From contig JAKIMF020000004.1 of assembly GCA_022605425.2 (NCBI GenBank), forward strand, positions 434,001 through 498,000: a DNA stretch of 64,000 nt, in the 5' to 3' direction. A program made the position numbers and the translations under genes. Positions 12,400 through 25,192 of this stretch are shown here, in pieces. The stretch is from Hamiltosporidium tvaerminnensis FI-OER-3-3. Lineage: Eukaryota; Fungi; Microsporidia. The first letter of the stretch is position 1. Every line of letters starts with the position of its first letter. The notes under the pieces were generated by a model that ran no database searches, was not told the DNA's origin, and saw nothing but the letters and a program-made list of their open reading frames with translations.

Positions 12400-13170
12400 T
12401 ACGAAGTATGAACAAATGGAAGCAAACTATACTGTTAGTGGTAAATATTCTGAAATTTTATGGGTCAATTCCTCCTTCGCGTAAAGCCGGTTTTATAGGT
12501 CAAAACATTTAAACTTTCATATGTTCTCTATTTTTCCCATCAACGTCTTACTTTTAAGTTTTATTAAAAGTGGTTAGGTTACCATCCTATGTCATTTGGT
12601 TTTGGATCAGTCTCTTATTTTTCATTTGTTTCTTTGGATCGGTTTTGCTCTGGTTTATAGAGAATTTTCCCGTAGATCCGGTGTGGTGTGTATCCCAAAA
12701 AAATTTCAAAAATTATTTTCCCAGTAATTTTTCCAACTTATTGCCAGGCCGATAGTTTTAGATGTGATTTTACTCGTTGGACCTAATATAATAACTAAAA
12801 AAAAATTAATTTTAAACGCGTTTTACCAGGGCCTTTAATTATGTTATTACATCACCATCGCTATTTTTTACTTAAACCATGATGCTCATCAAGCTGTCTT
12901 CAATAGCAGTAATTGAATTATTAAAAAAGAAGTCAAAAGACGGTATTTGCGTCTTTGTATTAGTTCAAAGGTCTTTTTGTGTCTTATATTTCCTGCATTA
13001 ATTCCTAATGAATCTGATAAATTTTAGCTCTCTGCAATTCTTTCTATATAATTAAGAGATTTAAACATTACTTACACAACAAATCTTCTATAGTTCATAG
13101 TACAACAAATTATTATAATAGTTGCAGGTGTTGCTCGCTCGGTGGATTGTTCTGTTCCTCAGAAGTGATA
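12400..13170 (-). mobile_element. Highly decayed RLE retrotransposon fragment
   Basis: Minus-strand remnants NYRPG (cf. NNRPD) and QMT*DGNLT (cf. MTWDGIVT) occur in the expected order. Weak. Confidence 0.35.
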
Positions 13171-14285
13171 TTAGCCCTACTATGAACCTCCTTGATTATC
13201 ATAGTGAAAGAACAACAAATAACCCTAAATTAATAGAAGGATTATGATAAAGTTTATTTTATAATTATTATGCTTCCAGAAAGTGGATTATTAAATTTGG
13301 TTCTCTAAAAAAGCCTAAATTCAAATTTGTTTGTTCTACTAAGTAATATACTATTGTATGGCAAAAACAATGGCTACATTGCAAAATAGATAATTTCCTA
13401 TCGGCTATGCTATTTTCTATAAATCCCTTATGATTTCTTAATTACACGTTAAAGTTGGCTTTATACTTTTTTGCTGGGTTTTCTCGTATATAACTTAATA
13501 AATCAAACAAAACGTTAAATAAATTAATTTTTAAATTCAGTTCGCTATAAACTGACATTGCAACTGGAACACCAAAGTTAACAAAGAAAAATGTCAATAG
13601 ATCTTTTGCTAATGCGATTCTTTTTTAGTCATAAAAGCACATGTTATAGTTTTATATGTGTTTAAGGTACTCAGAATCAAAAAAGGTGATCATTTTGATT
13701 GATGTAACGCAGAAATCTATCTACATAATCCAAAATTCTTACAGATTTTCAAATCTAGTGTGAAAAATTCTTTCCTATCTGTTTTCATAACTACCATGTC
13801 TTTGGCGTTCAATTAAATCGTAGTTATTTATAGATAAAATAAAAACTTAAAAAGAAAATAAAAGGAATAAGCAAGGTTTCAAACCAGTTTGTGCATTTTT
13901 AGATAATTATCAGTGTATTTTTCTAAAAATTTTCAATACCATTATACTTTGAAAGCATTAAAAATGCAAAAAAAAGAAACGGAAAGTGAAACAATAAATC
14001 TCGTTTGATTCATGTTAATATCAACAGCGCTTAACATATTTTATAAAAAATAAATGTTAAAATATTACTGATCAGCAATATAGAATGGAATATTTATCGG
14101 AAGATTAATAATTTTGGCATTGGAATAGAGGAATGTATAAAACAAAGGGTGTCTAAAAATTAAAATATTTAAGGCAATAACCAGGATCTATTATACATGA
14201 GATTTATTAGTGTGTAACAGTAAATAGTAAGTTAAACCTCTAATTTTTATTTTCTTAAATTATAAAACTGTTTTTAAAATTTGAT

Positions 14286-14879
14286 TTATTTTTTAAAGAA
14301 ATTTACGGGCGGTTTTTGCAAATTAATATATTTTTTAAGATTAATTGATTCGGAAAAAACCAAATTCTCTCCTTCTTCTGAAGTTTGTGCAAAAGTATAA
14401 ATTTTAACAAAGAATGTCTCACACGAATTGAACAATGAATTATCAATTTCATTAGTCATATAATTACGAATGAAATTTTCCATAAAAGCTTCGTTAATTA
14501 TTATTTCGCTATTTGTTATACTATGTACGGTTACTTCAATATGAATATTGTCTTTCACATATTCAATTCCCTCTACAAAAAGTTTTTTTTCCTGTTTAAA
14601 ATTTGCTAAATTTAAAAAAGAAATTGTATCTTCACAGTTCAAAACTTCACTTCGATTTATTTTATTTATAATTGTTTTTAGTGTCTTTGTCGGATCTGGT
14701 TCATTTTTGTAAATTAAGAAATTTGAATTACTACACGATTGTAAAATAATTTTATGATCTTTTGATTTCAGATATGTATCGATTCTGGCTATTTTTTGAG
14801 GTATAAAATTTTTATACGATAGTATCATATGCAGATGCTTTAATTGTGTAGTCATACCATACAAGGAACACTCATACAT
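14286..14879 (-). CDS. MED18: Mediator subunit Med18/Srb5
   Basis: N-terminal MYECSLYG, ~200 aa, C-terminal LKKYINLQKP. The ATG at 14879 follows a CCC motif and is preferred over the TTG at 14900. Confidence 0.7.
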   Translation of the reverse strand: MYECSLYGMTTQLKHLHMILSYKNFIPQKIARIDTYLKSKDHKIILQSCSNSNFLIYKNEPDPTKTLKTIINKINRSEVLNCEDTISFLNLANFKQEKKLFVEGIEYVKDNIHIEVTVHSITNSEIIINEAFMENFIRNYMTNEIDNSLFNSCETFFVKIYTFAQTSEEGENLVFSESINLKKYINLQKPPVNFFKK

Positions 14880-15103
14880 CCAAGGGTCATTTTTATTCAA
14901 ATATATTTTTTAAATTCAAAAAATGCTTCTGAAGCGGATTTTTATGTTTCAAAAGATTTGATGAATACTTCAGATTTCAATGAAAATTAAAATTATAAAT
15001 ATTTTTTTTGTCTTTCGTTTATTTTATTTAAATATTTCTTTCTTATCTGAATTTTTCTATTTGTCCATTTTTTAAATCATTGCAATAAATAAAGCTAGAA
15101 GAA

Positions 15104-15115
15104 CCCCTTCGAATG
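15104..15115 (+). promoter_or_regulatory. Microsporidian CCC motif just upstream of a start codon (example: SRP54)
   Basis: CCCCTTCGAATG here. The same motif precedes RAD4, MED18, 23308, TBCD, 41711, RPF1, MOD5, cullin and 50051. Confidence 0.75.
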
Positions 15116-16525
15116 ATTTTTGATTTAGGAAAATCCATTGCTTCGTCTCTAAATTCACTTTTAAAAACACAAGTAACTGATTCTAAGATCGAAGCAACAT
15201 TACATGATATCTGTAATCAACTTCTTTCTTCAAATGTCAGTCCAAAATACGTAGATGTTTTAAAACAAAATATTCGTGCAAATGTATTTTCTAAAGAAAT
15301 ACCAGCTGGTGTTAATAAGGGTAAACTTGTCTACAATGCAGTTTACGATGAACTTTTAAAAATGTTGGATCCAAAAAGTGCGCCAATAAAACTTGAAAGA
15401 AATAAAACCAATGTGGTAGTTTTCGTTGGATTACAAGGAAGTGGAAAAACTACAACAGTCTGTAAATATGCCAACTATTATAAAAAGAAGGGATTTAAAA
15501 CTGGAATCGTATGTGCAGACACATTTAGGGCAGGAGCCTTTGATCAGATCAAACAAAATGCTTTGAAAATAAAAGTTCCATATTTTGGAAGTTCAGATCC
15601 CGATCCTGTGAAAGTTGCAGTTGAAGGTTTTGAAAGGTTTAAAAAAGACAAATTTGATTTGATTATAATTGATACGAGCGGTAGACACACACAGGAAAGA
15701 GAATTATTTCAGGAAATGAAAAATATTATTACTAAAGTCACACCAACTAAAATTGTATTAATTTGTGATGCAGGTATTGGACAGTCAGCTGAAATACAAG
15801 CCATCGGATTTAAAAATGAGGTAGATGTTGGTTCAATAATTATAACTAAGTTAGATGGTGCCAAAAATGGTGGTGGGGCACTTAGCTCAGTAGCTAGTAC
15901 AGGGTGTCCTATTGAATTTGTAGGTATCGGTGAAAATATGGATGATATTGAATCTTTTGATGCAGAACGTTTTATAAATAAAATGTTTGGATTAGGTGAT
16001 GTAGAAGGTTTGGTAGAAACTGTAAAAAAATTAAATATTGATGAAAAAGAAATGATGAAAAAAATAGGAAGCGGTAATTTTACACTAGGAGACTATTATG
16101 ATATATTTCAACAAATTATGAGTTTAGGACCGATGAGTAAGATGCTATCAATGATACCTGGTTTTTCTAATATGCCTATTCCAGATGAAAAGGATTTTAG
16201 AAAAATGATTTATATTTTTGATTCTTTGACAGAAAAGGAATTAAATAGCGATGGAAGCTTTTTTGAGAAGCAACCTTCTAGGATTTTTAGAATAGCAAAG
16301 GGAAGTGGAACATCCGTTGAAAATGTACAAAATTTTTTTGTTCAATTTAAAACAATAAATTCTGTTATGAAGAAAGTAGGTAATAATCCTGGAATGATGG
16401 ATTTGTTTAATATGGACCCAGCAAAAATGACAACAACACAAAAAGCCAAACTAAGACAAAAAGCGAATGGTGTTCTACCAAAGGACATGGTAGATCAACT
16501 TAATATGTTTCTTGGTAAAAATTAA
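15113..16525 (+). CDS. SRP54: Signal recognition particle 54 kDa protein
   Basis: GLQGSGKTTT, DTFRAGAFDQ, DTSGRH and TKLDG GTPase motifs. Met-rich M domain with RIAKGSG. Confidence 0.98.
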   Translation: MIFDLGKSIASSLNSLLKTQVTDSKIEATLHDICNQLLSSNVSPKYVDVLKQNIRANVFSKEIPAGVNKGKLVYNAVYDELLKMLDPKSAPIKLERNKTNVVVFVGLQGSGKTTTVCKYANYYKKKGFKTGIVCADTFRAGAFDQIKQNALKIKVPYFGSSDPDPVKVAVEGFERFKKDKFDLIIIDTSGRHTQERELFQEMKNIITKVTPTKIVLICDAGIGQSAEIQAIGFKNEVDVGSIIITKLDGAKNGGGALSSVASTGCPIEFVGIGENMDDIESFDAERFINKMFGLGDVEGLVETVKKLNIDEKEMMKKIGSGNFTLGDYYDIFQQIMSLGPMSKMLSMIPGFSNMPIPDEKDFRKMIYIFDSLTEKELNSDGSFFEKQPSRIFRIAKGSGTSVENVQNFFVQFKTINSVMKKVGNNPGMMDLFNMDPAKMTTTQKAKLRQKANGVLPKDMVDQLNMFLGKN

Positions 16526-16672
16526 AAATACTTGTTTTAAATGTTTTATGTTTTGAATTAAGATTTTTAGTATTTTTTTTCAAATTATTCTTAAAAATAT
16601 TAGTTTTAAAATTTTATCAATGTTATAATAGCTTATTAATCTAAACTAAGACGTATTGAGTAAGAAATATAA

Positions 16673-17352
16673 TTTATTAAATAAATATCACATATTTTTA
16701 AAAAAATATATTTCTATATTGTTTCATGACATTGGTGCAGTTATAGGACTTGCATTGATAACTACACACCTGCACCCTAGATTCCATCGGATCTTTACAC
16801 TATCTACTTTCCTTTGCTAGTTGTTTTAAAGGTAGGTAAACCAATTTGATTGGTGAACCAGTTATCCCGTATTGACTAATTTTTGTTGCTTGATCTGTGA
16901 TTGAAGGTCGAAACCCACATATGTTTTCCCAAAAATAGGCAAAATTCTTAATTACTCTACATTTTCTGCACCAAATAAACATCCATCTGAGATACTTACA
17001 TAGACCAACCTAAAATTCCAATGTCATACAAACAGAAATAAACCGGCACTTGTCATTCCTACACTTTTACAGGGTCTGTTTTTTGCAACCCCAGTCCCAA
17101 GTCTTCAACCCGGATGAGCGAAGCCAGCTTTTAATATTTTATATTCTAAATTATATAATGTAAGTCCGGGTTTCCCTTCAGTTACATAAAAACTATAAAA
17201 TAATTTGTAGAAAAGGTTTCATCTGTTTGTAGACCTTAGTTGTCTTATACATTTGCTCTTTGAATAATCAATCATTCAAACAAATGTTTTCAAAGCAATT
17301 TCACACATTCGTTGCCAAGTATAAAGTCTTTAAATTACTTATTCTTCTGTAA
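16673..17352 (-). repeat. Structured ~716-nt element, copy F (diverged)
   Basis: Collinear with the reverse complement of 28378-29093 (ttcacacattcgttgccaag, tttgtagaaaaggtttca, aagtcttcaacccg, ttactctacattttctg, gtttcatgacatt). Part of the core block is deleted. Confidence 0.8.
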
Positions 17353-19940
17353 TCCAATATTTTAGGTAAAAAAATATTTCGATTAGATTTTCGACCAAAC
17401 ATTCAACAGCTGACTTAATTAAGTCTACATACAATCGAATTCTTCTTAACACACATTTTACAGCAATTTTTTATCTTTTTAACGTTTTTTTTTCATTTGT
17501 ACAGTTTAGTTCATGTTTTGCAGTTAAATTATATTTCAACTACAAAACTATATAAACAGGTGAAGGAGGTATATTTACATTAAAAACTTTCTGCTTGATA
17601 ATGAATGGGTACAATTCGTATTAAAATAATTGCTGCTATTGTGGTGGAATATAAAACCCTGTGAATTCATAGGCCAATCCCGTATAATCTCGAGTTCAAC
17701 TGATTAAAAAAACAAATAGAAAACATTTATTTGTTCATCCTCGAAACTGAGAGGTAAAAGAGTAACGGAATAAGTAAGCATATAAAGTAAACTCAAGACG
17801 TACTATAATATCTGTTGCGCTCACAGCGATCTCAAAATAAAGAAATTCAAAGTCACACAAAATTCAAACAATGTATTGAAGTTTATTAATTTCAATTTCC
17901 TTTGTAAATTTGTTCGAATTCTTTCGAATATACAACATTATTTGTTTTTTTGTCTGATGTATATATGAATAACTCGAAGAGTTTATCTTTGTGTGAAATG
18001 GTTCTGGTGGTGTTTCCTATTTGCAAAGTACTGATTCTCTTAGATTATCCTATTTACTAGATGGCTTTTTTTTATTTGATAATGATTACTAAAAACTGTC
18101 GGATTAGAAACTGCAAAAATTCGAATTCAAATAACATAATGTTCAAATCATTGATTTACGGGTAAAAGTATATCTCATTCAATTCTTCCATTCATAATTG
18201 TAGCTATATGATAAGTTTCATATTTTATTTGCCGAATGTTTCGAAAGGTTAAATCGTTAGTCTGAATTATTTTTTTGAGAAGAAGAATATACACTCAAAG
18301 TTTGTATTTAATTTGTAGTGTAATATTTTGCGTCTAAAAGGTAAGGATTTTGTTAAGTAGTTGACAACTTCGTTTTAACTCATTACTGTATTTTTGGTCT
18401 TAAATCTTATCATTTCGCCTGAAATTACATTTTTATTATAAAGTTGATAGCACTAATATAATATTTTGTGAAGACCAATATAGCCCGTGTACAGAGTCAC
18501 GGATTATTTTTTACTTTACAGGTATATCTTAAAAACCTTTTTCAATCATTTGTCTTTATTTGATTTCATCTGGAAAGGTTTGCTAAGAATGTGATATATT
18601 GTTCAGATTTATAAAAATTCGGCTTTAATTCCCAAATCGAACATATTTGGCGAAAAGTTTTACAGAAGCACCAATTTGTACTTAAACAAGAATATTGAGT
18701 TTCGAAGTTAGTTTCTTTACATTTTACAGTTGAAACTGAGGATTTTAGACATGATTAAGTGCATCAGTTGATGCTGAATTTTAAGTACTGGCATTTTTGA
18801 AGAATATAGCCGGGCATCAAAATTAATGCTGGACCAGTAAGCTGTCGTATTTTTTCAAATTTTTTCGTATACGATCGAGGCATCTATTGTTTTCTCGTGG
18901 GCATAGTTGATTTAGTTTCATAGGCTAATTTGATATTTAGGAGGACTGTACTTATACCAGAATAATGATGGTATCGCATTTAATATCACTCTGTTTAAAA
19001 TAAAATAGCAAATCATGTACTGTTCGGCTATAATACAAATGCCTAGCCGCAATTTTATATGATTCAATTAAGAGTGAAATTTTATTTGTGATTAAATATT
19101 TGTTAAATTACTGAAATTCCAGCAAGTTCCACTATTTTCGAACGCATATATGAACTAAAATTCGCCAAATGATTTTTTTACTTGCATGATTGTGTAATAT
19201 GCAATGCATTGTGCTAGAATCAATTTCAAAAGACTTTTTTGAACATAGGGTACATATTATCTAGTCGAAGCTGAATCTAGTCGTAAAATTTGATTCAACG
19301 CGACATTTAATGAGTCATGCCGCGACTTGATCAGGGACACCAATTCTTCGTATGCGATTCCTAAACATATATCTTTGACTATTACTACGCCCAATCGTAT
19401 ATATTTGATATGAATTGCTTATCCGGATCTGATATTAAGAAAAAAAAATTTGGGATTTCTTTACTCATGTATTCTTTGTATTTTTTAAAAGACTATTTGA
19501 AGTTTATGAAAAACACATTGGAATATACTCGCAAATAAAGTTAGCATTCGATAAATAAGCAAGTTTATATTTCAATTAAGAATTGTTTCCGAAAATATTT
19601 AATTCATGGTAAGCATTTCAATAGGTTGAACATCATTTAATTTTACTGTTTTAATTAGTTAAAATTAAGTTTAAAATGTTAACTAACATTAATCTCAAAT
19701 AAAAACTTTCTTGATTGGATTGATAAACTATATATAGGCCAAATATTCGAAGAATGTATATTATTAGAGCTCTCAAATAATTTCTCGGTTTTGACGAATA
19801 ATTTTTTGGTTGCTGTTTTTTCTGTGTATTACTTTTAGGGCAAAGTGCGGCTTGTGATAAATCATTTGATCACAATATGAGGAAAGCTTTTAAAGTTATT
19901 TGTGGGTGTGAAAATGCCTTTTTATTCATATTTTTTGGCG

Positions 19941-22072
19941 CGGTCCAAAATGTCCCTCATGTCCATAATTCCCCGTTATTTCTAATATACCCGCCTTTAT
20001 TTTTCTATTCATTCATCTTTAACGCCCCAAATTAAAATATGAAGTATTTTGATTCTAAATATAATAGAGTTCAAATGAAAATAAATGTCTATAAAGCTTT
20101 AATTTTATTTTTCCTCCATAAATATTTATCGTTATAATTTTAAAAGCAACCACTTTCTTTTGTGTTAGCATTTTTTTTAAAAAATAACTCATATTTAAAA
20201 AAAGGTAAAATCAAATCCGCTTTGTTACGCCTTTCTAGACAGTTTTTTTCACCATTAAAGTTTTCTAATTCTACCATATTAATAATGTACCTATTTGTTA
20301 CAGTTAAGACAAAATCATTAAAAAAAGAATCAAACAAAACGCGTTTAGTTTTTTATTCATGTCAAAATTATTTTTTCATTCAAACTTATCACCAACAAAA
20401 AGAATTCTTATTGGTATATTTGAAGCTTTGCTTTGTATAAATCTTTTTTTATATTTTTTAAAATGTTTACATACTTCTGTACCAGTTTCAAGATTCTTAT
20501 AAATTTTAGAACCTGTGGTTCTTTAAGATTAAGCAAGGTATCTAGACTCATTTATTTCATTATACATTTCAGAAGCAATATCTAAATTCAATTGTGCACA
20601 TTCTGGATCATTTTTTATTGCTGTTAATACCTCAAAACTAATTTCGACGTCTGATATTACATCATCATTTGTTTCCTCCTTCTCTATACCATTAGAAAGA
20701 AGGATATTAAATCCAAATTTACCGAGAAATGGTCGAAAGGGTGTTTTATGTGTAGCCGCATGTATTTTCTATTATGAGTCAATATAATATCATTATAAAA
20801 ACCAATCCATCTTTTTATGCTAGTAACTTATAACTTTTTTTGTTAATCATCTTTTAATTATTTGATTCATTCGTTCAAATTTACCCGAGCTTTTAGATTA
20901 TATGGTCTTTCTATATAATTTGAGTGTTAAGAGAAGTTAAGTATATTTCCAGCAATTCATTTTTAGATTATTTACCCTCATCGGATTGAATCGCTAATGG
21001 AACCCCGAAATTTTCAATAGAAATTCATATGAATCTTTTAAGGACCGTAAAGTCCTATTGATCTTATTTAAACTCCGGAAATGCGTTGTATAAGTGTCGA
21101 TTACTTTCAGGTCCAACAATCCCATCCTTTTGATCAGCGTATTTTCCAAGATTTACACAATCAATCATAAATATATCATAGTTGTTTGTAATATTTTTCA
21201 TATAAATTTTCTGAATTTTCTTCAAATAATTGAATCTACTGCATGCTCCGCATACTTTTGCATATTTAATTATAAATGTTCTTGGAATTCCATAATATTT
21301 TTTTCCAATTAATGCAATCATTCTATTGATTCCAGAATGTGCTATAGAATATTCTATCTCCATTATATGTTTAATTAGCGTCTTTTAAAGTTCAAAAAAA
21401 ATCTTCAGCATTCGTTCGCGCCATTTGGAGTAAAGATCGCCTCCAAGCATTTTGAATTAATTTGATTTTCTTCTCAAAAGTTTTTTGTATTATTTAATGT
21501 ACTTAGCTGGATAATGTCTGCTCTTCAAAAAAGTCACTAAAATATTTTTTCTTCCATATTTTGGGTAATTACAATATTTTGCTTTTTTCTATGATTATTT
21601 TTTGCTATTTCTTACTTACTCAGAGGCGCTACAGCCCTTGAAAAGCCCAGGCCTCCATATTTTTTGCTATTAGTACAATAAAAATTAAAAAAATAGGAAA
21701 TGAAGAATTACAATATTTTTGTAAATTTATTCATTTTTAAGAGTCATTTGCTCGGAACTTTGTTTCCTTATAACAAGTTATTGCATTTTAAAAAATTTAT
21801 TCAATCTATAATATCAAATAAAAGCAAGCCGTAAAACTTTGCATTGAGACTATTTGTATATGTATTACCTGTAAATAGTTTGAATTCAAAGACCGTAATC
21901 TAACCTTATAAACGTAGGAAATAACTTAGGAGCAATAGAAGTTGGAATAAATACGAAATAACCCGGAAATTATAGGATAGGAAATATAATACAAATAATA
22001 TATATCTATTATAAGTACAGGGTGTTATTAATACATTAAAGTGTATTAGAAATAACGGGGCGCTAAAGACCG
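19941..22072 (-). mobile_element. Decayed DNA transposon with a retroviral-type (rve) integrase, Ginger/GIN/KRBA2-like
   Basis: Integrase remnants: HYPAKY..KKLLRRKS..F...GDLY, Zn-binding AHSGINRM..YYGIPR..CGAC, FMIDCV, IQSDEGK and RPY. Inverted repeats at 19971-19990 and 22041-22060 match at 19/20. Termini are CGGTC...GACCG, flanked by TGGCG and TGGCA. Confidence 0.78.
21610..21657 (-). mobile_element. 5'-truncated RTE-type retroposon 3' end (48 bp) with a 14-bp TSD
   Basis: Minus strand reads GGAGGCCTGGGCTTTTCAAGGGCTGTAGCGCCTCTGAGTAAGTAAG. Perfect TSD TATTTTTTGCTATT at 21596-21609 and 21658-21671. Confidence 0.85.
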
Positions 22073-22597
22073 TGGCATTTTTTGTTTTAAAATAGAGAAG
22101 ATGCCCATTTCTAAGATAAAATATTACACCTTAAATAATACTTGTGTTATAATAACACCCTCTAGTCTATTACATCCTTTAATATCACCTCTTTTCTTAT
22201 TTTCTCTTCCCTTCAATTAACGCCATTTAACTAACTACATTGTATAATAACACCCCCTTGAACCACAATACTTTTTTTGCTAACACCCTTTGAACTATTA
22301 CACTCTACATCAAGACCCTTTACTATATTACTTATGTTTAACACCCTTTAATCCATTACTCCTTATGTCAAAACCCCTTTAAATCACCACACTTATATTA
22401 ACACCTTTTAACCAAAATCTAAGAATAAAATCCTCTAGTATGTATAGATGTATATAAATGGTAAAATATTTTATGTACAGTCATGATTCATGCATACCAC
22501 ATTCATTTGTTATATATAAAGTTAGAAGATAGATAAAATCAATAAATAATTTTTTTAAAAACATATCATTTAAGAATTTTATTGAAGAATCAAAATT

Positions 22598-23308
22598 TTA
22601 AAAATTATTACTTATTTCTTGTAAAAATATTCTGCATTTATCATTCAATTCACTTAAAGTTTTTTCAAATCCATCACAATAGCTTTCAGCATACGAAATT
22701 AAATTTTGTAAAAATTTAATTCCAACTCTTAAAAAAGCTAACGAATCTTCGATATTTTTGGCATAAGATTCGATATATCTGAAACTTAAGTCGCTAAATG
22801 AACCGATCGTGTTCAATGAAAAAAGCAAAACATCAATACTTGGGTGGTTTATTTGCTTTTTATTGATTTCCCTTTGGAAATCAGAAGTAATACTTTTAAA
22901 AGATTCAATTGCAATTTTCACTCTGCTCAGTTTGAAATATACTCGGAAAATTGGTGAATTGGCGAATATAAATCTTTTTTCTGAACCAGGGTAATAAAAA
23001 CCTCCACACAAATTTGAATCATAAATGTTATTCGGCACTTCGTTTGATTCATATTCATCTATTCTGCTATAATCCTCATATTTTGATTCTTCGAGATTGT
23101 TTTTATCATCAGAAGTACATGATATTGTACTTTCATCATCTTCAGTGAAAATCATTTGAGCTGCTTTATGACTTTTGCGGTAATTTTCGTGAGCGCTACT
23201 AATAGTACTAATTTCTTCTGAAACGAAAGTAGTTTGATCAATTCCATTTGATGAATTTCCTCGGAACATATATGCCAACGGAATAAATATCATAAACGTG
23301 TTTATCAT
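22598..23308 (-). CDS. Hypothetical, probably secreted protein
   Basis: ATG after CCCC. Hydrophobic N-terminus MINTFMIFIPLAY, acidic linker and helical C-terminal domain. No family recognised. Confidence 0.7.
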   Translation of the reverse strand: MINTFMIFIPLAYMFRGNSSNGIDQTTFVSEEISTISSAHENYRKSHKAAQMIFTEDDESTISCTSDDKNNLEESKYEDYSRIDEYESNEVPNNIYDSNLCGGFYYPGSEKRFIFANSPIFRVYFKLSRVKIAIESFKSITSDFQREINKKQINHPSIDVLLFSLNTIGSFSDLSFRYIESYAKNIEDSLAFLRVGIKFLQNLISYAESYCDGFEKTLSELNDKCRIFLQEISNNF

Positions 23309-24967
23309 AATTGGGGTGTGCAAAATTTTTTATTTATATATTTTGAATTTCTAAATATTTAGTATTTTATCAATTTCTAAATAAATATGTTTTTAATTAA
23401 TCCAATAAAAAAAAATTTGTTATATCAAATAAATTTAATCGGTTTATAAATTATAATTTAGTAACTTGAATTATATTTAACGAATAGTTACTTTTTATAA
23501 ATATTCAAGATAAATTGTATATTTCTGGGATTAACAACAAGAAGTGAGTTATGTTTTTATCAAGATTGATTCTTAACAAAAAAAATTCGAAAAATAGAAC
23601 TATGTAAATGTTTTATATTCTCAAAGATAAAGAATACTATAATATTGTATATATTATATGAAATAATAGAATCATAAACCAAATCCTTTATAAACAATTT
23701 AAATATTCGTTTTACTCCAAATTATATTGGGTGGTAGTATTTTCGTCATTTTCATTGAAAATATTTGTATGATTCAAAACAAACAAATATAATTGTCAAA
23801 TCGAATATAAAAATTTAGCCAAACTAGTGCTAATAAAGAAAATTAGAAAAGAAAGAAGTATCGAAAATTTAAAAAACTTAACTATCTAAATTCTGGAAAT
23901 TTACATTGTTTTTTTATAGTTCAAAGATCGATATAAAGTTTTGTTTTACAAATAAATTTATTTTATTATAAAAATTCGTTATTTTATATTGAATTCAAAA
24001 AAAAAATAAAAAATTAACTTTTTTATTTATTTATTTGCAACAATTGTTTGTTGGTAACTCTGTATATTGCAATATCATAATGATCTTTTTAATTCAAAAT
24101 TTTTATTTCTATATAAAATTACAAAATTCTTCAACTGAATGGCAAGTTTAAATATTAAAAGCTATCGATGTAACTATAAAGCTTAGCTTTATATCACTAA
24201 CTGTAAATATTTAATTGTAAATTTCGATCAAAAAAGAAGATAATTTGAATAAAAATATATGATTTGAGCAAAAAAAACACCTTCGATTTAGAATTACAAA
24301 AATATTTTGTTGAAATTTAATTTTCTGGATTTGTCACTTTATTGTTGCGTTTCAAAGCAAGATTGAATTAGATTTATCAAAAAGGTTGTAAAATTTTCAA
24401 TTCTGGTTAAATTCGGTGTAATCTCAGCAAATTTTTATATCTCTGTATAATTCCAATTACTTATGTTGATTTTAAAATTTTTTACCGATCCCTTTTCGAG
24501 TTTTTTATCATAGAAAAAGGATTTATATTTTTGTTTTTTTGTGTTAAGGATTTGTCACTTGTCTACTTATTTTATGAATCACTATAGCCTAATTATATCC
24601 CCGCCATCTCTGTTGCCATAAATTGATGCTCTTTTCTAACTATCGAGGTTTTTTTTAGTACCCTTGTTTTTTTTCGCTTGAAATGAATGAGTTAAACCAT
24701 ATTTTTTAGTATAGACAGTATTTTGGCTTCTATTCTTACTTTTATAAGAAGATTTTGAAATACATCTCTTTCGGTAGTTTGGGGAAATATCTTTCTTTTC
24801 ATATTAAAAAAGAATGATATTTCAAAATTATATATTTAAGAAGAGATTGATATGTCACCTACAAAGTCAATGTATTTTATTTGTCGATTTTTAAATGTAC
24901 TAGACTTATCATTATATTAGATTCAAGCTCAAACCGGGGTATACTTTTATATTTATAATTGAAGATA

Positions 24968-25192
24968 CTATCCCACTATGCCGGAAGCAGAATTAGCTTA
25001 GAGTATTCTCTGCTTGTCGTAAGAGGCAACTAAAAGGAACTGATTCTCTATGGTGGGGTTGGGAGTAGGGCTAACAACCCCCCCCTTTAAAACATTCTTG
25101 TTAGGAAACCCGAAAAAGTAAACAAAGCCACCGGAAAAAGACCCGTATGCGACCAGGGCTCATACAAGGCTATAGTGCCGAGTATGATGATA
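24968..25192 (+). mobile_element. Bipartite non-autonomous RTE-derived element (5' UTR motifs fused to a 3' tail)
   Basis: TGCTTGTCGTAAGAGGCAACTAAAAGG and GGGGTTGGGAGTAGGGCTAACAACCCC resemble RTE 5'-UTR motifs (recalled, not searched). The 3' end CCAGGGCTC..AAGGCTATAGTGCC-GAGTATGATGA aligns to 21610-21657. Probable TSD AATT(G/A)AAGATA at 24957-24967 and 25193-25203. Confidence 0.7.

Noticed and set aside
17085-17130. Twister-ribozyme-like CAGTCCCAAG..CCCGGA
   Set aside because: It is the antisense of a diverged element copy. The motif is absent from other copies and the flanking twister elements are missing.
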